DNA of 64,000 nt from Candidatus Tayloriibacteriota bacterium (GTDB taxonomy: Bacteria; Patescibacteriota; Minisyncoccia; Phycocordibacterales; PALSA-1337), in the NCBI GenBank assembly GCA_016215455.1, contig JACRJP010000002.1:151622-215621 (forward strand), written 5' to 3'. The translations under genes were made by a program, and so were the position numbers. Of the stretch, positions 28,254 to 38,472 are shown one piece after another (position 1 is the first letter of the stretch; every line of letters starts with the position of its first letter). The notes beneath the pieces were generated by a model, which saw only the letters and a list, made by a program, of their open reading frames with translations, searched no databases and was not told the origin of the DNA.

Positions 28254-28934
28254 ATGACATCACAATCACGATATAAGGTATGGGGAGGAAGTCTTGTTGT
28301 TATTGCTCTCATTGTATGGGCAATGATCGCTTTTGTTCGTTCAGGAGTAGAGAACCAGGTTGTTTCTCAGGGAGAACTTGCTGTACCTGTAACTGAAGCT
28401 GATTGGATAGCTGGGAACGCATCATCAACAGTTACTCTCGTTGAGTACAGTGATTTTCAATGTCCTGCGTGTGCATCGTATCATCCTGTTGTAAAAAAAC
28501 TTCTTGAAGAAAAAGGTGAGAATTTCCGACTTGTGTATCGACATTTTCCACTTATATCTATTCACATGAATGCTGATTTAGCTGCAAAGGCGGCAGAAGC
28601 AGCGGGGAAGCAGGGAAAATTCTGGCAGATGTCTGATAAACTCTTTACAACTCAAGTAGAGTGGTCAACTGATCGTGCGGCTGTAACAAAATTTACCGCA
28701 TATGCAGCTGAACTCGGTCTTGATACAAAGCAGTTTGCGAGTGATCTTGAAGACAGAATCATTAGCAAGAAGATTAATGATGATTATAAGGGTGGACGTG
28801 ATGCAGGCGTTCTAGGAACCCCAACATTTTTCCTAAACGGTAAGCAGATTCAGAATCCACAAAGTTATGAAGCGTTTGCTGCTCTTATTGATGAGGCTAA
28901 CACACTATCAAATGCAACTTCGACCGCTCAATAA
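28254..28934 (+). CDS. DsbA family thiol-disulfide oxidoreductase
   Basis: EYSDFQCPAC, YRHFPL, GTPTFFLNG; N-terminal anchor. Confidence 0.93.
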   Translation: MTSQSRYKVWGGSLVVIALIVWAMIAFVRSGVENQVVSQGELAVPVTEADWIAGNASSTVTLVEYSDFQCPACASYHPVVKKLLEEKGENFRLVYRHFPLISIHMNADLAAKAAEAAGKQGKFWQMSDKLFTTQVEWSTDRAAVTKFTAYAAELGLDTKQFASDLEDRIISKKINDDYKGGRDAGVLGTPTFFLNGKQIQNPQSYEAFAALIDEANTLSNATSTAQ

Positions 28935-29391
28935 ACCGATACTCATTTCATTTATCGTTGTAAGTCTTCTTGGCTTTTTTGATGCCGTGTATCTTACTAT
29001 CGAGCATTATTTAGGACGAATACCTCCATGTACTGTAGTGTCTGGATGTGAATCTGTTTTGACGAGTTCATACGCAACAATATTGGGTATTCCTGTTGCT
29101 TTGATAGGAACTATTTTCTACTTTACTGTATTCACCCTTGCAATGCTGTATCTTGATACAAAAAAGGATATCCTCATCAAATTAGGTATACTCCTTAGTT
29201 TTTGTGGACTATGTGCATCAATCGGTTTCGTATACCTCCAACTCTTTGTGATCAAAGCTATTTGTCTGTATTGTATGGGCTCAGCAATAACCTCAACACT
29301 TCTATTTGTTTTTTCTGCGTATATTCTTAAAAAATATCGTATATCTGAATCGAGTACACAGACACCTATTTCTTCAGAGGGGTTGAACTAG
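28912..29391 (+). CDS. Vitamin K epoxide reductase (VKOR) family protein
   Basis: C..GCESVLTS, GIPVA, CLYC. Confidence 0.92.
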   Translation: MQLRPLNKPILISFIVVSLLGFFDAVYLTIEHYLGRIPPCTVVSGCESVLTSSYATILGIPVALIGTIFYFTVFTLAMLYLDTKKDILIKLGILLSFCGLCASIGFVYLQLFVIKAICLYCMGSAITSTLLFVFSAYILKKYRISESSTQTPISSEGLN

Positions 29392-30049
29392 CTGTTGCTG
29401 TTGATTTTGTGCGAGTAAGCTCAGGGAGAATTTTCTCGATGTCTTCAATGCTCTTAAATCCTGTGTATGCTTTTTCATTTGCAACAAGAGCAGGGAATTC
29501 ATGAGGTACTCCATATATTGAAATGAGAGTCTTGATGGCGCTTAGCTCAAGGTCATAATCAAATGAATAGATACGAAGACCTGGATTGTTTTTACGGAGT
29601 TCGGTAAGAACATATCCTTGTTTTGTACAATCATTACAAGTATCTGCTCTGTTAGAATAGAAATATAGAATAACAATAGGGTTGGTGTCACACTTTTGGT
29701 CGACTTTCTTCATGAGCAGGTAATCTTTGATTTGAAGAATAGAATAGTATTTTTTGAGTACCATTACACTTTCACTACTCATTTCTTTTTGTGATTCAGC
29801 ATAGTCAAGCTTTTCTCCAAGGAAATCAAGCTCTTCAGAAAGAGTGCTTCCTTTGAGGTTCTTACAACTTGCTTCCTGTAGAAGTTCGAATTGAGTTTCA
29901 AGAGAGAGAATATCAGTTGAGATCTTGTCTTCAGTATTTTTGATACTCGCAGCCTTCTTATTACTCAAGTGGGTACTTACTGAAAAAGCCGTCGCAAAGA
30001 TAGCGAAGGTGATAAGGAAGACAAAAATGTATTTACGATATGAAGTCAT
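29366..30049 (-). CDS. Membrane-anchored protein with C-terminal thioredoxin-like fold
   Basis: N-terminal TM; ILYFYS..CNDC..QGYVL, P.LV. Confidence 0.7.
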   Translation of the reverse strand: MTSYRKYIFVFLITFAIFATAFSVSTHLSNKKAASIKNTEDKISTDILSLETQFELLQEASCKNLKGSTLSEELDFLGEKLDYAESQKEMSSESVMVLKKYYSILQIKDYLLMKKVDQKCDTNPIVILYFYSNRADTCNDCTKQGYVLTELRKNNPGLRIYSFDYDLELSAIKTLISIYGVPHEFPALVANEKAYTGFKSIEDIEKILPELTRTKSTATASSTPLKK

Positions 30050-30054
30050 AGTTA

Positions 30055-31293
30055 TTAGCGCCACGGAGTCTTTCTTGATAGGGCTGTGTTATACAGAGCC
30101 TTTGAGAACCAGAAAGGAGCTATGACACCGTAGACAACGAGGAAATATAGCATGTCGCGTGAAGGTTTCATAGTTCCTTCTGCAAAGTACTTACCGATAC
30201 AGATAATGGCGATTGTAATGGTGATAATGAGCATACCGATAAATGATGACGTTGCTGTATCCAAAAAGAACCAGTCAAAAATGTGGCGAGGGAGAATATT
30301 GAAATCGAAACCAACCACGCTCATTTTTTCGATAGAGTTATAGATTCTTTCTCCGAAACGAATCAAGAATGAAATGATAAAATACAAACTTCCGAGAATT
30401 GAAAGAGTGGCAAAGGGAAGGGTAAAGGTTGCCATATGACCAATCTTTTTATTAAAAAATAGATGTCGGTAATCAATGGCGTTTTTCATAAAGCCCGCAA
30501 TCCAGCGCACTCGTTGTGTATGGAGTCGTTTGATTGTTGGAGGAGTTACTGTGTATACGTACGCTTTGTGACAATTTTCTATAGTATATCCATATGATTG
30601 AATACGAAGAGCAATTTCCATATCTTCAGTATTGTGAGCTTTCTTGAAGAGACCAATAGTACTAAAGATTTCTCGACGAAATACTGAAAAAGGTCCTGGA
30701 GTAACGTGAATAGCATTGAGTCGTCCAAAAATACGTTTTGTGAATATACCAATGTTGTACTCTGTTCTTTGTACGGTTTGAATAAGATTCTCTGGATTCT
30801 GTACACGAATTGCTGGTGTGACTGCGGCTACCTTAGGATCTGCGAATAGTGGAAGCATAATCTTAAGGGCATTCGGTGCAACCTCTGAGTCTGCATCGAG
30901 GCAGGCAACAAAATCTGCTGTCGTTGAAGTAATTCCAAGGTTTACAGCTGTGTGCTTACCTCCATTCTTTTGATGTATAAATTTGACCTCTGGATATGTA
31001 CGAACTAATTCCTGCGCTACCGCATAGGTGTTATCAGTACTTCCATCGTCAATAATGAGAATTTCAAGCTTTTCTTTTGGATAATCGAGAGCACGAAGGG
31101 AGAGAACAGTTTTTGTAAGTGTTTTCTCTTCATTAAAACAAGGTACAGTAATTGCAACTCGAGGGTAGGCGAGACCTTTTGGAAGTTCAGGGTATTTTTC
31201 CTCCTCTTTTTCAAAAAACGTTACCAGAAGAAAGATTTGAAAATAGAGACCTACAAAGAGAAAGAAATATGTGGGCACATCTGAATAGTTCAT
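30055..31293 (-). CDS. Processive GT2 glycosyltransferase (IcaA/PgaC-like)
   Basis: PCFNEE, DDGSTD, GGKH, LDADS, TED, QRVRW; C-terminal TMs. Confidence 0.9.
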   Translation of the reverse strand: MNYSDVPTYFFLFVGLYFQIFLLVTFFEKEEEKYPELPKGLAYPRVAITVPCFNEEKTLTKTVLSLRALDYPKEKLEILIIDDGSTDNTYAVAQELVRTYPEVKFIHQKNGGKHTAVNLGITSTTADFVACLDADSEVAPNALKIMLPLFADPKVAAVTPAIRVQNPENLIQTVQRTEYNIGIFTKRIFGRLNAIHVTPGPFSVFRREIFSTIGLFKKAHNTEDMEIALRIQSYGYTIENCHKAYVYTVTPPTIKRLHTQRVRWIAGFMKNAIDYRHLFFNKKIGHMATFTLPFATLSILGSLYFIISFLIRFGERIYNSIEKMSVVGFDFNILPRHIFDWFFLDTATSSFIGMLIITITIAIICIGKYFAEGTMKPSRDMLYFLVVYGVIAPFWFSKALYNTALSRKTPWR

Positions 31294-31352
31294 AGGGCGT
31301 ATAAAAGACTATATCGCATTGACTGGCCTTCCGCAACCATTATACTTAGCGT

Positions 31353-32936
31353 ATGAAGAAAATCGTTACACATTCAATTGGATTCCTAAAGGCGTATAAG
31401 TTGTACTCAATTATTGGAATCGTAGTTATTTTTATTAGCATCTGGGTCATAGGAGGAAGTGGTACTGGATCAACACTTGAAACTGCTGTTGTTGGACGTT
31501 CTGATATTAGCGAAGTCGTGAGTGTAACAGGTAAGGTGACTCCGGTAAAGAAAGTAAATCTTGGTTTTGAAAAGGGAGGTCTTGTTGCGGCGGTTAATGT
31601 TAAGGTTGGAGATCGTGTTGTAGTTGGACAGCGTCTCGGTTCTCTTGATATTGGAGAGACACTCGCGAATCTTCGTGGTGCAGAAGCAAATCTTCTTTCA
31701 GAGCAAGCAAAACTTGATGAATTAACAAAGGGTACACGTCCTGAAGAGCTTGCTGTGTCAAAGACTAAAGCTACGAATGCTCAAAATTCATATAATGACG
31801 CATTACAAAGTCTCGCTGTTGCACTTCGAGATGCCTATATCCGAGTGGATAATGCTGGTCGTAATAAGACAGACGTCTTCTTCCGCTATCCTGAGAGTAC
31901 TAACCCTACCATTATTATCCATACAGAAAATAGTACTATTGAAAGAGAGATTAATAGTCAACGACAGCGTTTCAATGAAATGCTTGCGGCATGGAAGCAA
32001 CAGTTGAGTACAATTAATACAGCAACATCTACTACTGATTTTGCTCCGTATATTAGTCGAGCTCAATCAAATATTCTTCAAGCAAAGATTTATTTCGACA
32101 GTCTTTCGAGTATTGTGAACACACTCAATGTATACAACTCCGGCCTTTCACAGTCTGCTATCGATACATATCGTGTATATGTCACAGAAGGACAATCAGA
32201 GATTGTTACTGGTGCGACAAATTTGAATACAGCAATTTCAACCATGACAACAACTCGGTCAACTCTTTTGGTGTCACAAAATGAACTCTCTCTTGCAGAA
32301 TCAGGCTCAACTCCAGAGGTGGTTAAGGCTCAACAAGGGAAAGTTGCACAAGCTGAGGCAAATGTTTTGAGTAATCAATCAATTCTTTCAAAATCTATTA
32401 TCACGTCTCCTATAGCTGGTGTCGTGAGTAAGGCTGACGTTGAGGTAGGTGAGATACTTACAGCTGGTGAAATTATTTTCAGTGTCATCACTGATGATGC
32501 ATATGAAATTGAGATCCAAGTACCTGAAGCCGATATTGCAAAGATACAAGTAGATAATACTGCGAAGATTACCCTTGATGCATATGGTAGTGATGCAGTA
32601 TTTGCGGGTAAGGTTATCAAAATTGATCCAGCAGAAACGATTGTTGAAGGAGTACCGACATACACTGTAACACTTCAATTTAACGAAAAGGATACTCGTA
32701 TTCGATCAGGTATGACTGCAAATATTGATATTGTCACTGCTGAGAAAAAAGAAGTACTTTCAGTACCAACTCGAGCAATCATCGACCGAGGAAGAGAAAA
32801 AATCGTTCGTGTTGCACAAGACGGTTCGTATATTGAAGTGAAAGTTAAGACTGGTCTCAAGGGATCAAATGGAATGACTGAAATTCTTGAAGATGGACTT
32901 CTTGAAGGGCAGTTGGTAGTTACATTTGTGAAATAG
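31353..32936 (+). CDS. Efflux membrane fusion (periplasmic adaptor) protein
   Basis: VKVGDRV, long coiled coil, SPIAGVV, VPEADI, RSGMTANIDI. Confidence 0.9.
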   Translation: MKKIVTHSIGFLKAYKLYSIIGIVVIFISIWVIGGSGTGSTLETAVVGRSDISEVVSVTGKVTPVKKVNLGFEKGGLVAAVNVKVGDRVVVGQRLGSLDIGETLANLRGAEANLLSEQAKLDELTKGTRPEELAVSKTKATNAQNSYNDALQSLAVALRDAYIRVDNAGRNKTDVFFRYPESTNPTIIIHTENSTIEREINSQRQRFNEMLAAWKQQLSTINTATSTTDFAPYISRAQSNILQAKIYFDSLSSIVNTLNVYNSGLSQSAIDTYRVYVTEGQSEIVTGATNLNTAISTMTTTRSTLLVSQNELSLAESGSTPEVVKAQQGKVAQAEANVLSNQSILSKSIITSPIAGVVSKADVEVGEILTAGEIIFSVITDDAYEIEIQVPEADIAKIQVDNTAKITLDAYGSDAVFAGKVIKIDPAETIVEGVPTYTVTLQFNEKDTRIRSGMTANIDIVTAEKKEVLSVPTRAIIDRGREKIVRVAQDGSYIEVKVKTGLKGSNGMTEILEDGLLEGQLVVTFVK

Positions 32937-32961
32937 CTAAAAATCCGTATACTTGACAGGT

Positions 32962-33864
32962 ATGAATAAATCTACTGATACTGTGTCGGTTTTGAGCACT
33001 GGTGCAAGTGCTGATTATGAACTTCTCGACTCGGGAGATGGTGAGAAACTTGAACGTTTTGGTAAGGTTGTCTTGTCTCGACCCGATCCTCAGGCATTGT
33101 GGCCAAAAATTCTCACAAAAGAAGAGTGGAGTAAAAGAAATGCTTTTTTTGCTCGAGAAAAAACTCGTGCTGGTTGGACTATTGTTGATGGAACCCTTGA
33201 TCGTTGGGCGATAGATTTTGGGGGACTTAAAATGTGGATTAAGCCAACAGCCTTTAAACATACTGGTCTTTTTCCTGAACAAGCAGTGAACTGGGATTGG
33301 ATCCGAGAGACAATCGGAGCAGCTAAGAAGGCTGATCCTGCACGTGAGATTGAAGTACTTAATATTTTTGGATATACCGGTGGAGCATCTCTAGCTGCAG
33401 CACAAGCAGGAGCGAAAGTTGTTCATGTTGATGGATCAAAAGCAGCTATTACATGGGCGCGTGATAATGCAGAAATTTCTGGACTTAAAGATGCACCGAT
33501 TCGTTGGATCTTGGAAGATGCTCGAGCATTTGTTGAGCGAGAGGTAAAACGAGGAAGAAAATATGATGCTATTATCATGGACCCACCCGCATTCGGTCAT
33601 GGTCCGAAGAAGGAGCTCTGGAAGATTGAAGAGCATTTTATGCAGCTTCTCTCATTGTGTGAAAAGCTTTTGGATCATAATCCACTTTTTATCCTCATCA
33701 ATGGTTACTCTGCTGGATATTCATCAATCGCATATGAAAATAACCTTCTTCCGTATGTACAAAAATTTGGTGGAGAGATAGAAAAGGGTGAACTTACTCT
33801 CAAGGAATCAAATTCAGGACGATTACTTCCATGTGGTATTTTTGCTCGTTGGAGAAAGATATAA
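32962..33864 (+). CDS. Class I SAM-dependent RNA methyltransferase (RlmI/RlmK-like)
   Basis: YELLDSG..KLERFG, HTGLFPEQ, LNIFGYTGG, DPPAFG. Confidence 0.88.
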   Translation: MNKSTDTVSVLSTGASADYELLDSGDGEKLERFGKVVLSRPDPQALWPKILTKEEWSKRNAFFAREKTRAGWTIVDGTLDRWAIDFGGLKMWIKPTAFKHTGLFPEQAVNWDWIRETIGAAKKADPAREIEVLNIFGYTGGASLAAAQAGAKVVHVDGSKAAITWARDNAEISGLKDAPIRWILEDARAFVEREVKRGRKYDAIIMDPPAFGHGPKKELWKIEEHFMQLLSLCEKLLDHNPLFILINGYSAGYSSIAYENNLLPYVQKFGGEIEKGELTLKESNSGRLLPCGIFARWRKI

Positions 33865-33874
33865 CAGTATCGCA

Positions 33875-34537
33875 ATGTCAGTTAAAATCCTTTACGAAGA
33901 TAATCATCTCATTGCTGCGTATAAACCTGCGGGAACTTTAGTGCAAGGTGATGTAAGTGGAGATGTCCCGCTTCTTGAAGAAGTGCGTCAGTATATTTTG
34001 GAGAAATATAACAAACAAGGGAATGTGTTCCTAGGTCTCATCCATCGGCTTGATCGAAATGTTGCTGGAATTGTTTTGTTTGGTAAAACAACCAAAGGAG
34101 CATCGCGTCTCTCAGAACAGTTTCGACAGCATACTGTCGAAAAGATATATCACGCTTGGGTTGAAGGAATAATTGAACAGTCGAAGGGTCCTCAAACTCT
34201 AGTTAATTATCTTTCTCGAAATGAAAAGAATAATACGGTACAAGTATTTGATACACCACAAGAAGGTGCTGATCGAGCTGAACTTGCATATGAAGTAATT
34301 GAAACCTCTAAAGAATTCAATAAGACTCTTGTTAAGATTACTTTAAAAACAGGTCGACATCATCAGATTCGAGCTCAGTTTTCACATTTGGGCTATCCAA
34401 TTCTTGGAGATACTAAATACGGAGCTGTTTCAAAATTTATCGATATGCATATTGCTCTCTACGCAACACAACTCTCATTTACTACAGCAACAGGAGGAGA
34501 ACGAAAAACGATTTCCATCGATATTCCAAAAGATTAA
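33875..34537 (+). CDS. RluA family pseudouridine synthase
   Basis: LYEDNH, HRLDRNVAG, TGRHHQIRAQ, GDTKYG. Confidence 0.93.
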   Translation: MSVKILYEDNHLIAAYKPAGTLVQGDVSGDVPLLEEVRQYILEKYNKQGNVFLGLIHRLDRNVAGIVLFGKTTKGASRLSEQFRQHTVEKIYHAWVEGIIEQSKGPQTLVNYLSRNEKNNTVQVFDTPQEGADRAELAYEVIETSKEFNKTLVKITLKTGRHHQIRAQFSHLGYPILGDTKYGAVSKFIDMHIALYATQLSFTTATGGERKTISIDIPKD

Positions 34538-34575
34538 TTGTTGGTGATATAATTCAAGCATCATAATACAGTGGT

Positions 34576-35928
34576 ATGAAATTCCAATCTACGAGAGGGG
34601 ACATAGCAGAAACATTTCTTGAGGCTTTCAATAAGGGTCTTGCGGGCGATGGAGGACTCTATATTCCCACAGAACTTCCAAATCTCACTGACCGGTTTGA
34701 TTCATTGGCAAAACTTTCGTACCCAGAGCTTGTCGCTGAATTCATGTCGTATTTTGATAATGAAATTTCAAAAGAAGATTGGAAGAAATTAGCAGCAAAA
34801 TCATACGAAGCATTTGCTTCAAAAGATGTTGTGTCACTTGTCGAACTAACAAAAGATCTTCATGTCCTTGAACTGTTTCATGGTCCGACACTAGCATTTA
34901 AAGATTTTGCTCTACAGATAGTGGGTAACTTGTATGAATATGAAGTACGAGTTCATGGAAAACGATACACTATTGTTGGTGCTACATCAGGTGATACTGG
35001 TTCTGCGGCGATACATTCAGTACTCAACAAAGAGAATATTGATATTTTTATTATGTACCCTAAGGGGAAAATTGCTCCTCTCCAAGAGTTGCAAATCACT
35101 ACCACTGTTGCTCATAATGTTTTTCCTATCTCTATTGAGGGTACATTTGATGATGCTCAAGCGATTGTTAAGAAACTGTTTGCTGATACTGAATTTAGTC
35201 AGCATATCAATCTTGCAGCTGTGAATTCTATTAACATTGCGCGAATTCTGGCACAGTCAGCCTACTATCTCTATGCCTTTTTAAAATTACGTTCGACAAC
35301 AAAATTGCCAATTAAGTTTGTTGTACCTACAGGTAATTTTGGGAATATTTTATCAGGCTGGCTTCTTACGAAGATGGGAATGGACGCTTCATTTGTTGCT
35401 GCAACAAATGAAAATGATGTGCTCCATAAGTTATTTACAACAGGAATGTATCAAAAGCAGTCGGCACAATCGACGCATGCTCCTTCAATGGATATTCAGC
35501 AAGCTTCAAATTTTGAACGTCTCATCTATTACATGTTCGAAGGGGACACAGAACGAGTAGTCCGTACAATGAAAGAATTTAATGAAAAGGGAAATGTAGC
35601 ATTTGATACGAATTTGTTTCCAAAGAATATTACGACTGCGACAACATCTAATGAGAATATTATAGAAGTTATTAAGAGCTTCTTTACTCAATATAACTAT
35701 ATTCTTGACCCACACACGGCATGTGCGGCTCCACATATAACACCTGGATATTGTAATGTTATTTTAGCCACTGCTTCACCAGCAAAGTTTCCTGATACTA
35801 TTGAAAATGCTATCAAGGTCCATCCAACAGATCCGCGTCTCGAGAGTGTTAAAGACTTACCGCAGCAGAAAGTTGAACTACCAGCGGATATTGAAAAAGT
35901 GAAGAAATATATTCTTGAAACAATATAG
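34576..35928 (+). CDS. thrC: Threonine synthase
   Basis: STRG, DGGLY, ELFHGPTLAFKD (PLP Lys), ATSGDTG, NSINIAR, PTGNFGN, DPHTA. Confidence 0.95.
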   Translation: MKFQSTRGDIAETFLEAFNKGLAGDGGLYIPTELPNLTDRFDSLAKLSYPELVAEFMSYFDNEISKEDWKKLAAKSYEAFASKDVVSLVELTKDLHVLELFHGPTLAFKDFALQIVGNLYEYEVRVHGKRYTIVGATSGDTGSAAIHSVLNKENIDIFIMYPKGKIAPLQELQITTTVAHNVFPISIEGTFDDAQAIVKKLFADTEFSQHINLAAVNSINIARILAQSAYYLYAFLKLRSTTKLPIKFVVPTGNFGNILSGWLLTKMGMDASFVAATNENDVLHKLFTTGMYQKQSAQSTHAPSMDIQQASNFERLIYYMFEGDTERVVRTMKEFNEKGNVAFDTNLFPKNITTATTSNENIIEVIKSFFTQYNYILDPHTACAAPHITPGYCNVILATASPAKFPDTIENAIKVHPTDPRLESVKDLPQQKVELPADIEKVKKYILETI

Positions 35929-35932
35929 TCAT

Positions 35933-36436
35933 ATGAAATGGATAGCTATTAGTGGAACTTGGCAGAAGGTTAATCAAGATGTTGAGAGTGATGTTCGACG
36001 TGAAGTGAAAAATATTATCGCAAAAGGAGACGGAATCGTTATTGGCGGAGCTCTTGGAGTTGATCTTTTTGCTTTGAATGAAGCTTTATTAAACAATGCT
36101 GGGCTTCGTATAAAGGTGTGTTTACCGGTGAGACTTCCGAGATATGCAGAACATTATCGAATGCGTGCCAAAGAAGGAGTTATAACTTTAGAACAAGCTG
36201 AGTATCTTATCGAGCAACTTGAAAAATTGTATAAATTAAATCCTATAGCCTTTATTGAAAACTCTACAAATACTGAAATAAATAAGGATACGTATTTTGA
36301 GCGTAATACAAAAATAGCTGAACTTTCAGACGAGTTGCTCGCATTCCAAGTAAATAAAAGTGAAGGAACTCAAGATACTATTGATAAAGCTCGAGGCAGG
36401 GGTAAACCTGTAAAAGTTTTTGAGTATACGATGTAG
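35933..36436 (+). CDS. SLOG superfamily (DprA/Smf-like) protein
   Basis: IAISG, IGGALGVD, YFERN, SEGTQDTI. Confidence 0.75.
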   Translation: MKWIAISGTWQKVNQDVESDVRREVKNIIAKGDGIVIGGALGVDLFALNEALLNNAGLRIKVCLPVRLPRYAEHYRMRAKEGVITLEQAEYLIEQLEKLYKLNPIAFIENSTNTEINKDTYFERNTKIAELSDELLAFQVNKSEGTQDTIDKARGRGKPVKVFEYTM

Positions 36437-36453
36437 TGTGGTAATGTATTTCC

Positions 36454-37317
36454 ATGTCTAGTATTCTCGATTGCCGTCCTCTACGGAAGAAAATTGAAGC
36501 AGAACTTATAGCGACAATTAGTCGTATTACTCACGAGTATAAAGAAAATCTTACAACTGTGATTATTCAAGTAGGGAATCGAGCTGATTCAACTGCTTTT
36601 ATTATCGCCAAGAAAAAATTAGCAGAAAAGCTTGGGGTTGCTATACGACATATTAAGTTTCCTGAGGTTGTGTCTGAAAAAGAACTTTTGGAAGCGGTTC
36701 AGGCTGTTGCGGCTGACTCTCACGTGCACGGTATTATTGTTCAGTTACCGCTCCCGTCTCATATTGATAAAGATCGTATTATTAATGCTATTCCTGCCCA
36801 TAAAGATATTGATGGCCTGACAGCAATTAATATTCAACGTACATGGGAGGCTCGTACCTCAGCTATCGTACCTGCTACAACTCGAGGTATTTTGACCTTA
36901 TGTCGAGAGTTCGGTATTGTTCTCGAGGGTAAGCATGTTGTTATTCTCGGCCGATCAACTCTTGTTGGGAAACCTACAGCTGTTATGTGTACTACTCAAA
37001 ATGCAACGGTTACCGTTTGTCATAGTAAAACTCCTAATCTTTCTGATATTACAAAAACAGCTGATGTTCTTATCGTGGCAATCGGTAAGCCACACTTTAT
37101 TACCAAAGATTATATTCGTGCAGGTCAAACTATAATTGATGTCGGTATTACATTTGTCGATGGTGTTATGAAAGGGGATGTTCATCCTGAGGTAATTGAT
37201 CATCTTGGTAACAATGGAAGTGTTACTCCGGTTCCATTCGGTGTAGGGCAAATGACAGTAGCCTCTCTTTTTCAAAATCTTGTCCAAGGTTTCTTACAAT
37301 CGAAAAATTTGCTATAG
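36454..37317 (+). CDS. folD: Methylene-THF dehydrogenase/cyclohydrolase
   Basis: HGIIVQLPLP, KDIDG, GRSTLVGKP, IDVGI, TPVPFGVG. Confidence 0.95.
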   Translation: MSSILDCRPLRKKIEAELIATISRITHEYKENLTTVIIQVGNRADSTAFIIAKKKLAEKLGVAIRHIKFPEVVSEKELLEAVQAVAADSHVHGIIVQLPLPSHIDKDRIINAIPAHKDIDGLTAINIQRTWEARTSAIVPATTRGILTLCREFGIVLEGKHVVILGRSTLVGKPTAVMCTTQNATVTVCHSKTPNLSDITKTADVLIVAIGKPHFITKDYIRAGQTIIDVGITFVDGVMKGDVHPEVIDHLGNNGSVTPVPFGVGQMTVASLFQNLVQGFLQSKNLL

Positions 37318-37363
37318 TAACGTCCTAGTAGATTATTAGTGATTATTAACTATATTTCTCAAT

Positions 37364-38158
37364 ATGAATTCAGAATTTGATGTAAAGGTGTGTGCATGGA
37401 AGACAGCTATTGCTGTAGGTGCTCTTCTCGCACTCTTTCTTCTTGTGCTTACTATTAAGGAAATTAAGTCTATTGCATATGTAGGACGTGATATTCCAAC
37501 GCAGAGTACTATCACCGTCTCAGGTCATGGTGAAGAAATTGCTATCCCTGACATTGCAACATTTTCATTCAGTGTTATCGAACAAGCAAAGACACTTGAA
37601 GCTGCTCGTGAATTAGCTACAACAAAGATCAACAAGGCTGTTGAAGTTCTCGATCAAAACAAGATTGCTAAGAATGACATGAAGACAACATCATACAATG
37701 TATATCCAAAGTATGATTATGAACCAACTGTTTGTACAACAACATTCTGTCGAGGACGAAAGCAGGTTCTTCTCGGATACGAAATCAATCAAACACTTGA
37801 AGTTAAGGTTCGTGATGTTACAAAGGTAGGGGAAGTATTTGTTGCTATCGGCGCTGTTGGAGTTTCAAATGTTGGAGGTTTGGAATTCTCAGTTGATAAA
37901 AGAGATGTTCTCGTTGACTCTGCACGTGTAGCTGCTATTGCTGACGCTAAGGTTCGTGCTGAAAAGCTTGCACAAACTCTTGGAGTTAAGCTTGTACGTA
38001 TTGTGAGTTATTCTGATGCTTCAGGTGGATATGCACCGATGTATTATGCAAAGTCAGCTATGATGGATTCTGCGAGTGGTGCAGCGGTACCTCCTCAGGT
38101 TCCAACAGGTGAACAAAAAATCTCATCTGATGTTAACGTTACATACGAAATACGATAA
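37364..38158 (+). CDS. SIMPL (DUF541) domain protein
   Basis: ITVSG.GE...PDIA, AIADAK.RAEKLA, VTYEI. Confidence 0.92.
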   Translation: MNSEFDVKVCAWKTAIAVGALLALFLLVLTIKEIKSIAYVGRDIPTQSTITVSGHGEEIAIPDIATFSFSVIEQAKTLEAARELATTKINKAVEVLDQNKIAKNDMKTTSYNVYPKYDYEPTVCTTTFCRGRKQVLLGYEINQTLEVKVRDVTKVGEVFVAIGAVGVSNVGGLEFSVDKRDVLVDSARVAAIADAKVRAEKLAQTLGVKLVRIVSYSDASGGYAPMYYAKSAMMDSASGAAVPPQVPTGEQKISSDVNVTYEIR

Positions 38159-38170
38159 CAAAAGGGTATA

Positions 38171-38199
38171 TTGACGAATTCTGCATAAAGCAGTATACT
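38171..38199 (+). promoter_or_regulatory. sigma70 promoter for secE-nusG-rplK
   Basis: TTGACG-17 nt-TATACT. Confidence 0.75.
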
Positions 38200-38278
38200 T
38201 GTATCAATGCTAAATAAGCCCCTCACGGGGCTTTTTAGTGACAATTTTATTAGTCGGTTACTCAATAAACTTCATACT

Positions 38279-38455
38279 ATGGGAATCACAGAATACATCA
38301 AAGAAACACGTGCTGAAATGAAACATGTTAGTTGGCCAACACGAAAGCAGGCAATCGTCTATTCAGTCATTGTCATCGTTATTTCAGTTGGTATTGCATT
38401 CTTCCTTGGTTTCTTTGACCTCATGTTTACGAAGCTTCTCCGTTTGTTTGCATAA
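38279..38455 (+). CDS. secE: Preprotein translocase SecE
   Basis: EMKHVSWPTR plus one TM; upstream of nusG. Confidence 0.95.
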   Translation: MGITEYIKETRAEMKHVSWPTRKQAIVYSVIVIVISVGIAFFLGFFDLMFTKLLRLFA

Positions 38456-38472
38456 AATTTTCACTATCTATT

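Noticed and set aside
25150-38235. Same C-TCAC-G loop in two hairpins (25152 and 38222)
   Set aside because: Only two instances and the stems differ; cannot be separated from chance.
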